From contig CAVTBO010000003.1 in the NCBI GenBank assembly GCA_963733015.1, positions 44,635 through 108,634 of the forward strand: 64,000 bases of DNA. Reading direction: 5' to 3'. Positions 52,464-60,146 of this stretch are shown piece after piece. The notes under the pieces are model-generated. The model saw nothing but the letters and a program-made list of their open reading frames with translations. It ran no database searches and was not told the DNA's origin. How positions within the stretch are numbered: position 1 is the stretch's first letter; every line of letters starts with the position of its first letter. Source of the DNA: an uncultured Actinomycetes bacterium. Its GTDB lineage: Bacteria; Actinomycetota; Thermoleophilia; Gaiellales; Gaiellaceae. A program made the position numbers and the translations under genes.

Positions 52464-53667
52464 GTGGCGGTGACCGAACTCGTTCCGACCGAAGAGATCC
52501 AGGAGCTGCGCGCTCGCTTTCGCGCGTTCATGGAGCAGCACGTCTATCCGAACGAGCGCGAGCTTCAGTCCGACGATGCGGACCTGATCCAGTCGCTTCG
52601 GGCAAAGGCGAAGGAGGAAGGGCTCTGGGCGCCGCACGTCCCGCCCGAAGCCGGCGGGACGGGCCAGGGCTTTCTCGCGTACGCGCACCTGAACGAGGAG
52701 ATCGGCAGGTCGACGTATGCGCAGCTCGTCTTCGGCTGCCAGGCGCCCGACGCGGGAAACGCGGAGATCCTGCACATGTTCGGAACCGACGAGCAGAAGG
52801 AACGCTGGCTGCGGCCGTTGGTCGCGGGCGAGATCCGCTCGTTCTTCTCGATGACCGAGCCGGAGGTGCCCGGCTCGGACCCGACGACCCTGCGGACGAC
52901 CGCGCGCCGGGACGGCGACGAGTGGGTGATCGACGGGCACAAGTGGTTCTCGTCCGGCGCAGACGGCGCGGCGTTCGGGATCGTGATGGCGGTGACCGAC
53001 CCGGATGCGGAGCCGCACCGCCGCGCATCGCAGATCCTGGTTCCCGCCGACACGCCGGGCGTCGAGATCGTCCGGCCGATACCCGTGATGGGCCATGCCG
53101 GAAGCGGCTGGTCGACTCACTGCGAGGTGTGGTACCGCGAGGTCCGGGTGCCGGTCGACAACACGCTGGGCGAGCCCGGCGACGGGTTCCGGATCGCTCA
53201 GAAGCGGCTTGGTCCGGGCCGGATCCACCACGTGATGCGCTGGCTCGGACAGATGGAGCGTGCGTTCGAGCTGTTGTGCTCGTACTCGTTGGAGCGAGAG
53301 GCGTTCGGCTCCCGACTGGCCGACAAGCAGACGGTTCAGAACTGGATCGCGGACTCCGCGGCGGCGATCCATGCGTGCCGTCTGATGACGTTGGATGCCG
53401 CGCACGGAAGATCGACGGGGCGACGAGGCTCGGGTCGAGGTCTCGGTGATCAAGTTCTACGCCGCCCAGGCGCTGCACGACGTGATCGATCGCGCGATCC
53501 AGGTGCACGGCGCCCGCGGTCTCACCGACGAGACGCCGCTGGCGGCGATGTACGCGACGGCGCGCGCCGCGCGGATCTACGACGGGCCCGACGAAGTCCA
53601 CCGCATGGTCGTGAGCCGGCGGATCCTGAAGGAGTTCGAGAAAGGCGGCACATGGCGGTTCTCGTGA
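52464..53667 (+). pseudogene. acyl-CoA dehydrogenase, ACAD10/ACAD11/LvaC-like, reading frame broken near 53405-53420
   Basis: N-terminal about 315 codons in frame of 52464 (QAPDAGN, MTEPEVPGSD, LGPGRIHH), C-terminal GDEARVEVSVIKFY...YDGPDEVH in frame of ORF 53395-53667. Confidence 0.75.
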
Positions 53668-54676
53668 AGACGAACAAGCGCGTCACGCTCGCGGCGCGGC
53701 CTCAGGGCTTTCCGGAGGACGCGGACTTCGTCCTGGACGAGGTCGAGGTGGGAGAGCCGGGCCCGGGCGAGGTGCTCGTGCGGACGCTCTGGGTCTCCGT
53801 CGATCCGTACCAGCGCGGCCGCATGAGCGAGGCACGCTCGTACGCGAAGAAGCTCGAGCTCGGCGATGTGATCACGTCGCAGTCTCTGGCGAGGTGGTCG
53901 TGAGCCAGGATGGGCGCTTTGAGCCCGGCGACCTGGTCGTCGGACAGCTCGGCTGGCAGGAGTATGCGGTCGCACGGGGTGGCTCGGTACGGATGGTGCC
54001 GGTGTTCCTCGACCCGCCGACGCTGGCGCTGCATGCCGTCGGCGCCACAGGCCTGACCGCCTACTTCGGGCTCCTGGACGTAGGGAAGCCGAAGCCCGGG
54101 GACACCGTCGTGGTGTCGGGTGCCGCAGGCGCCGTCGGGCAGGTCGTGGGGCAGATCGCGAAGCTCGCCGGCTGCCGCACGGTCGGGATCGCCGGCGGCC
54201 CGGACAAGTGCACGGACTGCCGCCTGTACGGCTACGACGAGGCGATCGACTACAAGGACGAGAACTTCCGCGAGGCGTTCAAGTCCGCCTGCCCGGACGG
54301 CGTCGACATCTACTTCGACAACGTGGGCGGCGGCGTGTCCGAGGGCGTCCACCGCCGTCTCAACATCGGGGCGAGAATCGTCATCTGCGGGCAGATCTCG
54401 CAGTACAACCTGGAGCGGCCGGAACCGACGTTCCATCCCGCGGCGCTGATCGTCTACCGCGCGCGGATGGAGGGGTTCCTGATCAACGACTACGCGCATC
54501 GCTTCGACGAAGCGGCAATGCGCCTGGCGCGGTGGGTCGCCGAGGGGAAGATCACGTGGCGCGAGGACGTGACCGAGGGGCTCGAAAACGCGCCATCGGC
54601 GTTCATGGGCATGCTGCGAGGCGAGAACCGCGGCAAGGCCCTGGTCAAGGTCGCCGACCGCGAGCAGGCCAAGTAA
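53652..54676 (+). pseudogene. NADP-dependent oxidoreductase (MDR, CurA/YncB/alkenal reductase-like), frame broken near 53886-53892
   Basis: MAVLVKTNKRVTLAARPQGFPEDADF...VDPYQRGRM...LGDVITSQS in one frame, GEVVVSQDGRFEPGDLV...GAAGAVGQVVGQIAKLAG... in the -1 frame. Confidence 0.75.
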
Positions 54677-54692
54677 CAAGTTGTTACTTGGC
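54668..54692. repeat. AT-rich palindrome P3: GCCAAGTAACAA-G-TTGTTACTTGGC
   Basis: Perfect 12+1+12 palindrome; contains the TAA stops of both convergent genes (54674-54676 plus strand, 54684-54686 minus strand). Confidence 0.9.
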
Positions 54693-54971
54693 TCGACGGC
54701 GGCGTCCGAGCTCGGGGACCCCGACCCCCGAGATGTGGTCGAGCACGGCTTCCGGCGGCCTGACGCGAAAGGCGACATCGGCAAGGACGCTCACGGTGCT
54801 GGGACCCCGGCGGATGCGCCGGGATTCGTGGACGAGTAGGCGAACGCGCTCGTAGCTCGGCCTGGCTACGCCGATTCGGTCGGCCTCACTGCCGACACGC
54901 CGACAGGTCTCGGCGATCGGAACGGAAGGACCGTCCGCCTTGACGAGCGCCTCGAGGAGACGGGGCGACAT
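54684..54971 (-). CDS. orphan 95-aa hypothetical protein bracketed by palindromes P3 and P4
   Basis: ATG 54971 (GTG about 54995 possible); GC3 about 79% and GC2 about 55% counted by hand, compatible with coding; no family recognised. Confidence 0.4.
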   Translation of the reverse strand: MSPRLLEALVKADGPSVPIAETCRRVGSEADRIGVARPSYERVRLLVHESRRIRRGPSTVSVLADVAFRVRPPEAVLDHISGVGVPELGRRRRAK

Positions 54972-55048
54972 TCGCGCGGCGAATCGTGGCACCACCCGAC
55001 TGTGCCTCGAAGAGGCGCGTGGAGAGTGCCAACTCAGCGCCGGATCTT

Positions 55049-55071
55049 CCAAGTAACAAGTTGTTACTTGG
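55049..55071. repeat. AT-rich palindrome P4: CCAAGTAACAA-G-TTGTTACTTGG
   Basis: Identical to P3 over 23 nt; 1 nt from the TAG of the SDR gene and 77 nt upstream of the orphan ORF ATG. Confidence 0.9.
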
Positions 55072-55072
55072 G

Positions 55073-55783
55073 CTAGAGCGGCGGGGCGACACCTTCCGCG
55101 CCCGGGACCCTGGGGCCCGGGATGCCACGGAAGCGATACGGCTCTGGCGGCCGGCCCGGCTGGACGATCCACGCCTCGCCGGTGCCCTCGCTGCGCGCCG
55201 CGAGGAGCACGGCGTCGGCGACCTCCTCCGCCCGGAGAAGCGGAAAGCCCGCCTCTTCGAGCGACGCCCGCAATTCGCCCGCGACCATCGGTGTATCCGC
55301 GAAGCCGGGGCACACCGCGTTGATCCGAATGCCGCGCTCTGTGAGCTGCGGCGCCACGGACCGAACGAAGCCGACGATCGCGTGCTTCGTCAGCGCGTAG
55401 ATCGGATCGCCTTCGACCCCCGTCAGTCCGGCGAGCGAGGCCGTGACGACGATCGCGTCGCCGTCCTCCAGCTCCCTGGCGAGCCGCCGGACCCCGTAGA
55501 CGACGCCGTCGACGTTGACGGCGACCACGCGCTGGTACTCCTCTGCGGTCAGCTCCGCAATGTCCGCCGTGCTCGTCGTGATGCCCGCATTCAGGCACGC
55601 CAGCTCCACGCGGTCGACGGACTGCCAGGCCGTCGGGTCGGAGACATCGAAGCCCGAGACGAGATCCAGCTCCAGCACCTCGACGCCTTCCCGCTCGAGC
55701 CGCTCGACGATCGCGCGACCGATTCCGCCCGCGGCGCCCGTGACGAGAGCAGTCCTAGGGAACAAGGACGACCTTGCCGACAT
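55073..55783 (-). CDS. SDR-family oxidoreductase
   Basis: TGAAGGIG, NAG, YALTKHA motifs; start ATG 55783 (TTG 55765 alternative). Confidence 0.8.
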   Translation of the reverse strand: MSARSSLFPRTALVTGAAGGIGRAIVERLEREGVEVLELDLVSGFDVSDPTAWQSVDRVELACLNAGITTSTADIAELTAEEYQRVVAVNVDGVVYGVRRLARELEDGDAIVVTASLAGLTGVEGDPIYALTKHAIVGFVRSVAPQLTERGIRINAVCPGFADTPMVAGELRASLEEAGFPLLRAEEVADAVLLAARSEGTGEAWIVQPGRPPEPYRFRGIPGPRVPGAEGVAPPL

Positions 55784-56669
55784 GGCGACGTTCCTCGATC
55801 AGCTGGTGCGCGTCAGCCGCGCGCTCGAGCGGGAACGTCGCGCCCACGAGCGGCTTGACCGCACCCGACGACCAGAGCTCGAGGAGCTCGCCGATCGCCT
55901 TGCGCACGAGGCCAGGGTTGTGGCGCATCAGGCGTCCGAGATAGAAGCCCTGCACCCCGAGGTTGCGACCGACGAGCGGCGCGGGGTCCATCGACTCCCA
56001 CCAACCGCCGGCGAACCCGATCGCGACGACGGTCCCGAGCGGGTTCAGCACCCCGAAGCTCTGCGTGAAGACATCGCCGCCGACCGGGTCGAGCACGACG
56101 TCGGCTCTCACCTTCTCGGCGAACTCGTCGTACCCGAACGCCTCGTCGGCCCCCTGCTCCAACGCGACCGCCCGCTTCTCGTCCGTACTCGCAGTCGCCA
56201 CGACGCGGGCGCCCAGATGCTTCGCGACCTGGATCGCGGCCGACCCGACACCGCCCGAACCGGCGTGAACCAGGACGACGGACCCTTCCCCGACCCGCAC
56301 CTGCCGCGTCAGCGGAATCCAGGCCGTCAGGTACGTGAGCATGAATCCGGCGCCCTCCACGAACGACGCCCCGTCCGGCAGCGGCACGACGAGGTTCTCG
56401 TCCACGGCGATGGCTTCCGCGTAGCCGCCGCCCCGGGGGAGCGCCATCACTCGACGGCCGTCCACCTCTCCCGCCACCTCGGAGCCGGGCACCGTCGGCA
56501 GCTCTGGAGGCTGCGGGTAGCGCCCCTGCCGAACGAGCACGTCCGCGAAGTTGACGCCGGCCGCCTTCACGCGCACGACGACCTCGCCGGCTCCGGGCTC
56601 CGGCTCGGGCATCTCCTCGAGCGCCAGCTGGTCCGGCGCGCCCGTCTCGCGGAGAACGACCGCTCTCAA
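55755..56669 (-). CDS. NADPH:quinone oxidoreductase-like MDR (zeta-crystallin type)
   Basis: VRVKAAGVNFADVLVRQGRY, HAGSGGVGSAAIQVAK. Confidence 0.85.
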   Translation of the reverse strand: MRAVVLRETGAPDQLALEEMPEPEPGAGEVVVRVKAAGVNFADVLVRQGRYPQPPELPTVPGSEVAGEVDGRRVMALPRGGGYAEAIAVDENLVVPLPDGASFVEGAGFMLTYLTAWIPLTRQVRVGEGSVVLVHAGSGGVGSAAIQVAKHLGARVVATASTDEKRAVALEQGADEAFGYDEFAEKVRADVVLDPVGGDVFTQSFGVLNPLGTVVAIGFAGGWWESMDPAPLVGRNLGVQGFYLGRLMRHNPGLVRKAIGELLELWSSGAVKPLVGATFPLERAADAHQLIEERRHVGKVVLVP

Positions 56670-56676
56670 GGTCGGC

Positions 56677-58281
56677 CTATGACGACGCCGGCACCTGCTC
56701 CTGCGCGAACTGCTCTCGCAGCTCCGTCTTCTTGAACTTCCCGACGCTCGTCTTCGGGATCTCCTCGACGAACTCGAAGCGATCCGGCAGCCACCACTTT
56801 GCGAACTTCGGCGCCAGGAGCTCCTTCAGCTCGTCCGCGCTCACGGTCTCGCCCTCCTTGAGGACGACGGCGGCGAGCGGCCGTTCGGCCCACTTCTCGT
56901 CGGGGATCGCGATCACCGCGGCCTCGGCCACCGCCGGGTGGGACATGATCGCGTTCTCCAGCTCGACGGACGAGATCCACTCGCCGCCGGACTTGATCAC
57001 GTCCTTCGACCGGTCCTTGATCTGGATGAAGCCGCGCGGGTGCATCGAGACGATGTCGCCCGTCTTGAACCAGCCGTCGTCGGTCCAACGGTCGGCCTGC
57101 GAGTCGTCGTTGTAGTAGCCCGCCGCAACCCAGGGCCCCCGTACCTCGAGCTCACCCATCGACTCGCCGTCCCACGGAACGTCCTCCTCGCCAGCACGAA
57201 CGCGGATGTCCACGAAAGGAAGCGGGACACCCGCCATCGCGACGAAGTCGAGCTGCGTGTCCTGGTCGGCGTCCTGAAGGTCGCCAATGAAGTCGCTGAC
57301 CGACGCGACCGGCGAGGTCTCGGTCATGCCCCAGCCCTGCACGACGCTCATCCCGTGCCGCTCCTTGTACGCGGCGATCATCGCGCGCGGCACCGCGGAG
57401 CCTCCGACCAGCATCCCCTTCATGTGGGACAGGTCCCATTTGCCGGCGTTCGCGTCGAGCATCTGCAGCATTCCCAGCCAGATCGTCGGAACTCCGGCAG
57501 TCCACGTCACCTTCTCCTGGACGAAGTCCTCCAGCAGGCTCTCGGGGTCCAGGTGCGGGCCCGGAAACACGAGCTTCGTGCCGAGCATGGCCGCGAGGTA
57601 CGGGTAGCCCCACGCGTTCGCGTGGAACATCGGAACGACGGGCAGCAGCGTGTCGCCGTGCGCGACGCGCAGGCCGAGCGGCGAGGTCGTGGCGACGCCG
57701 AGCGCGTGCAGGACGGTAGAGCGGTGCGAGTAGACGACGCCCTTGCAGCGCCCGGTCGTGCCGCTCGTGAAGCACATCGCGGCCGCCTCGCGCTCGTCGA
57801 GCTGCGGGTCCTGCCACTCGTCCGGGCTCGCTGACGCCAGCAGCTCCTCGTACGAGTCCTCGACGACGAAGACGTGCTCGATCTTCGTCCGGTCCTGGAA
57901 CTGCTCCAGGAGCGGAAGGAGGCTGCGGTCGACGATCACGGCCTTGTCCTCGCCGTGGTCCGCGACGTAGGCCAGGTCTTCGGGGTGGAGACGGAGGTTC
58001 AGCGTGTGGAGCACGTAACCGCCACAGGGGATCCCGAAGTACGCCTCGAGGTGCTGGTAGTGGTTCCAGCAGAGCGTCGCGACCCGGTCGCCGCGCTCGA
58101 GCCCGAGCTTCTGGAGCGCGACGGCCAGCTGCTTCGCGCGGCCGGCCATTTCGGCGTACGTGTAGCGATGGAAGCTCTTGTCGGGGAGCCTCGTGACGAC
58201 CTCCTGGTCGCCGAAGAACGTCTCCGCGCGCCGCAGGATCGGCGGCAGCGAAAGCTGGTAATCCATCATCAAGCCGTTCAT
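56677..58281 (-). CDS. long-chain fatty-acid--CoA ligase (AMP-binding)
   Basis: ATG 58281 nine nt after GAGGAGG; FTSGTTGRCKGV, GWGMTE, WFKTGD, KSGGEWIS motifs. Confidence 0.85.
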   Translation of the reverse strand: MNGLMMDYQLSLPPILRRAETFFGDQEVVTRLPDKSFHRYTYAEMAGRAKQLAVALQKLGLERGDRVATLCWNHYQHLEAYFGIPCGGYVLHTLNLRLHPEDLAYVADHGEDKAVIVDRSLLPLLEQFQDRTKIEHVFVVEDSYEELLASASPDEWQDPQLDEREAAAMCFTSGTTGRCKGVVYSHRSTVLHALGVATTSPLGLRVAHGDTLLPVVPMFHANAWGYPYLAAMLGTKLVFPGPHLDPESLLEDFVQEKVTWTAGVPTIWLGMLQMLDANAGKWDLSHMKGMLVGGSAVPRAMIAAYKERHGMSVVQGWGMTETSPVASVSDFIGDLQDADQDTQLDFVAMAGVPLPFVDIRVRAGEEDVPWDGESMGELEVRGPWVAAGYYNDDSQADRWTDDGWFKTGDIVSMHPRGFIQIKDRSKDVIKSGGEWISSVELENAIMSHPAVAEAAVIAIPDEKWAERPLAAVVLKEGETVSADELKELLAPKFAKWWLPDRFEFVEEIPKTSVGKFKKTELREQFAQEQVPASS

Positions 58282-58321
58282 CGAGCGGTTGCCTCCTCGG
58301 TAGACCCGGTCAAATCGTCCT

Positions 58322-58720
58322 CTATTTCTCACCGCTGGTAAAGCTCTGGCGGCGGGGCAGGTCGCGCTCCACGTCCACGAGCTGGCCGTCGCGACCGACA
58401 TAGCCGTCTTTGCCGCCGACCACGAGCATGACCAGGTCCTCGTCGCCGGGATTGGAGATCTTCCGCGGCGTCGTCGACTCGACATGGACGACGCCGCCCG
58501 GCCCGAGCTCGAACGTCTCGCCGTCGACCTCGAACAGCGCGCGCCCGCTGTGGACGAAGTAGAGCTCGTCCTGCTCGTCGTGGTAGTGCAGGAAGCCCTC
58601 CTGCCCGGGCGGGTACACGATGCCGTTGACGCCGAACGCAGTCACGTTCAGCGCCTGGCGGACTTTGCGGAACCCTGGCCCCCCGCCGAGCTCGTCCAAC
58701 GATCCCTTCGCGTAGCTCAT
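58322..58720 (-). CDS. cupin-domain protein
   Basis: ATG 58720 after AGGAGG; HYHDEQDELYFVHSGRALFEVDGE...GGVVHVES two-motif cupin pattern. Confidence 0.65.
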   Translation of the reverse strand: MSYAKGSLDELGGGPGFRKVRQALNVTAFGVNGIVYPPGQEGFLHYHDEQDELYFVHSGRALFEVDGETFELGPGGVVHVESTTPRKISNPGDEDLVMLVVGGKDGYVGRDGQLVDVERDLPRRQSFTSGEK

Positions 58721-58728
58721 CGACCCTC

Positions 58729-59535
58729 CTAGCTCTTGAGCAGCACTCGCTCGTAGATGCGGTCGCGGAGCCGGTCCGGGAGGCGCTCGAACCCCGCGCG
58801 CAGCTTCGCGTCCTTTCCCACCAGGTAGCGCGCGTGCGGCCGCTCCGCGGTGAGCGCTTCCTCGACGACCTCGGCCACGCGCCCGGCCGGGGCGCCCCCG
58901 GCGCCGCGTTTCAGCGCCACGCTCCTGAACGCAGCTACCCGATCCGCGTAGAGCTCGGCCAGCTCCGAGTCCGTCGTCGCGGCGAGATCGTCGGCGCGCT
59001 CCGCCGAGCGCGTCCAGATGGCGGTTCGAATCGACCCAGGCTCGACGATGGAGACGGGGATGCCGAACGGCTTCAGCTCCAGCCTCAACGAGTCCGCCAC
59101 GGCCTCGAGAGCGTGCTTCGACGCAGCGTAGGGCGCGAGGAAGGGGAGCGCGCTCCGTCCGGCGATCGAGCCCATGAAGACGATCCGCCCCGTGACGCGC
59201 CGCAGCGCGGGCAGCAGCGCCTGCGTCACCGCAACCTGCCCGACCAGATTGACCTCGAGCTGGTAGCGGAGCTGATCGGCCGGCACGAGCTCCAGCGGCG
59301 AGGCGAGTGCGATGCCCGCGTTGTTGACGAGACCGTGCAGCTCGTCGACACGATCCGCCGCGGCGCCGATGTGCTCGGGGTTCGTGACGTCGAGCAGAAG
59401 CTCTTCGGTTCCCTCCGGCGCGTCGCCCTCGCGGCGGACTCCGGCGAGCACGCGCCACCCCGAGCGGGCGAGCCTGACGGCGCACGCCTCGCCGATCCCC
59501 GACGACGCGCCCGTGACGATGGCCGTGCGGGTCAA
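58729..59535 (-). CDS. SDR-family oxidoreductase
   Basis: TTG 59535 (TTGA overlap); TGASSGIG, NNAG, YAASKHA. Confidence 0.8.
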   Translation of the reverse strand: MTRTAIVTGASSGIGEACAVRLARSGWRVLAGVRREGDAPEGTEELLLDVTNPEHIGAAADRVDELHGLVNNAGIALASPLELVPADQLRYQLEVNLVGQVAVTQALLPALRRVTGRIVFMGSIAGRSALPFLAPYAASKHALEAVADSLRLELKPFGIPVSIVEPGSIRTAIWTRSAERADDLAATTDSELAELYADRVAAFRSVALKRGAGGAPAGRVAEVVEEALTAERPHARYLVGKDAKLRAGFERLPDRLRDRIYERVLLKS

Positions 59536-60146
59536 TCCAGCAGCCAGGAGGCGATCCGGGCGCGGTGCACGCGGCCGTGGCCACCGTAAGCCTGGATCCA
59601 GAGTGCGCGCTTGTAGTACTCGTGGAGCACGTGCTCCCAGGTGAAGCCGATGCCGCCGTGAACCTGGATCGAGCGCTCGCACGCGGCAACCGCCGCGTCC
59701 GACGCATAGGACTTCGCCGCCGCGGTCGCGATGGGCGCCTGCTCGTCGTCCTCGGCGACGCACCACGCCGCCCAGTAGGCGAGCGAGCGCGCGAGCTCGG
59801 TCTCGACGAAGGTGTCGGCGAGCTGGTGGGAGACGGCCTGGTAGACGCCGATCTTCCGCCCGAACTGCTCCCGATCCTTCGCGTACTCGACCGCGAGGTC
59901 GAGCGCCTTCTTCCCGATTCCCACGGCCTCGAGCGCAAGCGTCGCCAGCCGCTCGTCCTCCGGCCGGTCCTCGTCGAAGAGCGACTCCCCCACCCCCGCG
60001 CGCCCCGCCTCCTCGTAGAGGACGGCCTTGTCGACGAAGCTCAGGTCGGCCGCGCCGATCTCGTCGCGCGACCACCCGCCGTTCGCCAGGGCGTCACGCG
60101 CCTCGCGGCGGAGAAGCTCTTGCTCTTCGGTGAACGCGAACTGCAC
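59532..60146 (-). CDS. truncated acyl-CoA dehydrogenase-family protein (204 aa, N-terminal helix plus C-terminal alpha domain only), possible beta subunit
   Basis: GTG 60146 eight nt after GAGGAG, 1-nt overlap with upstream TAG; FTEEQELLRREARD then DLAVEYAKDREQFGRKIGVYQAVSH...QVHGGIGFTWEH; no middle beta-barrel. Confidence 0.6.
   Translation of the reverse strand: MQFAFTEEQELLRREARDALANGGWSRDEIGAADLSFVDKAVLYEEAGRAGVGESLFDEDRPEDERLATLALEAVGIGKKALDLAVEYAKDREQFGRKIGVYQAVSHQLADTFVETELARSLAYWAAWCVAEDDEQAPIATAAAKSYASDAAVAACERSIQVHGGIGFTWEHVLHEYYKRALWIQAYGGHGRVHRARIASWLLD

Noticed and set aside
53390-53425. Programmed ribosomal frameshift in the ACAD gene
   Set aside because: There is no slippery heptamer or obvious downstream stimulatory structure at the junction. 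The other two frame breaks differ in direction and context, so an indel, real or from assembly, is the simpler explanation.
25551-55071. Interpreting the four palindromes as integron attC sites, parS, dif/Xer sites or hix-like invertase sites, or as inverted ends of a 29-kb mobile or invertible segment (centre base is C,C at the left pair and G,G at the right pair)
   Set aside because: The arms do not fit RYYYAAC/GTTRRRY, the parS consensus TGTTTCACGTGAAACA or dif. The odd single-base centre does not suit known serine-invertase sites. No integrase, recombinase or ParB gene is in the window. Orientation rests on one central base only, so the inverted-pairs pattern has little statistical weight.
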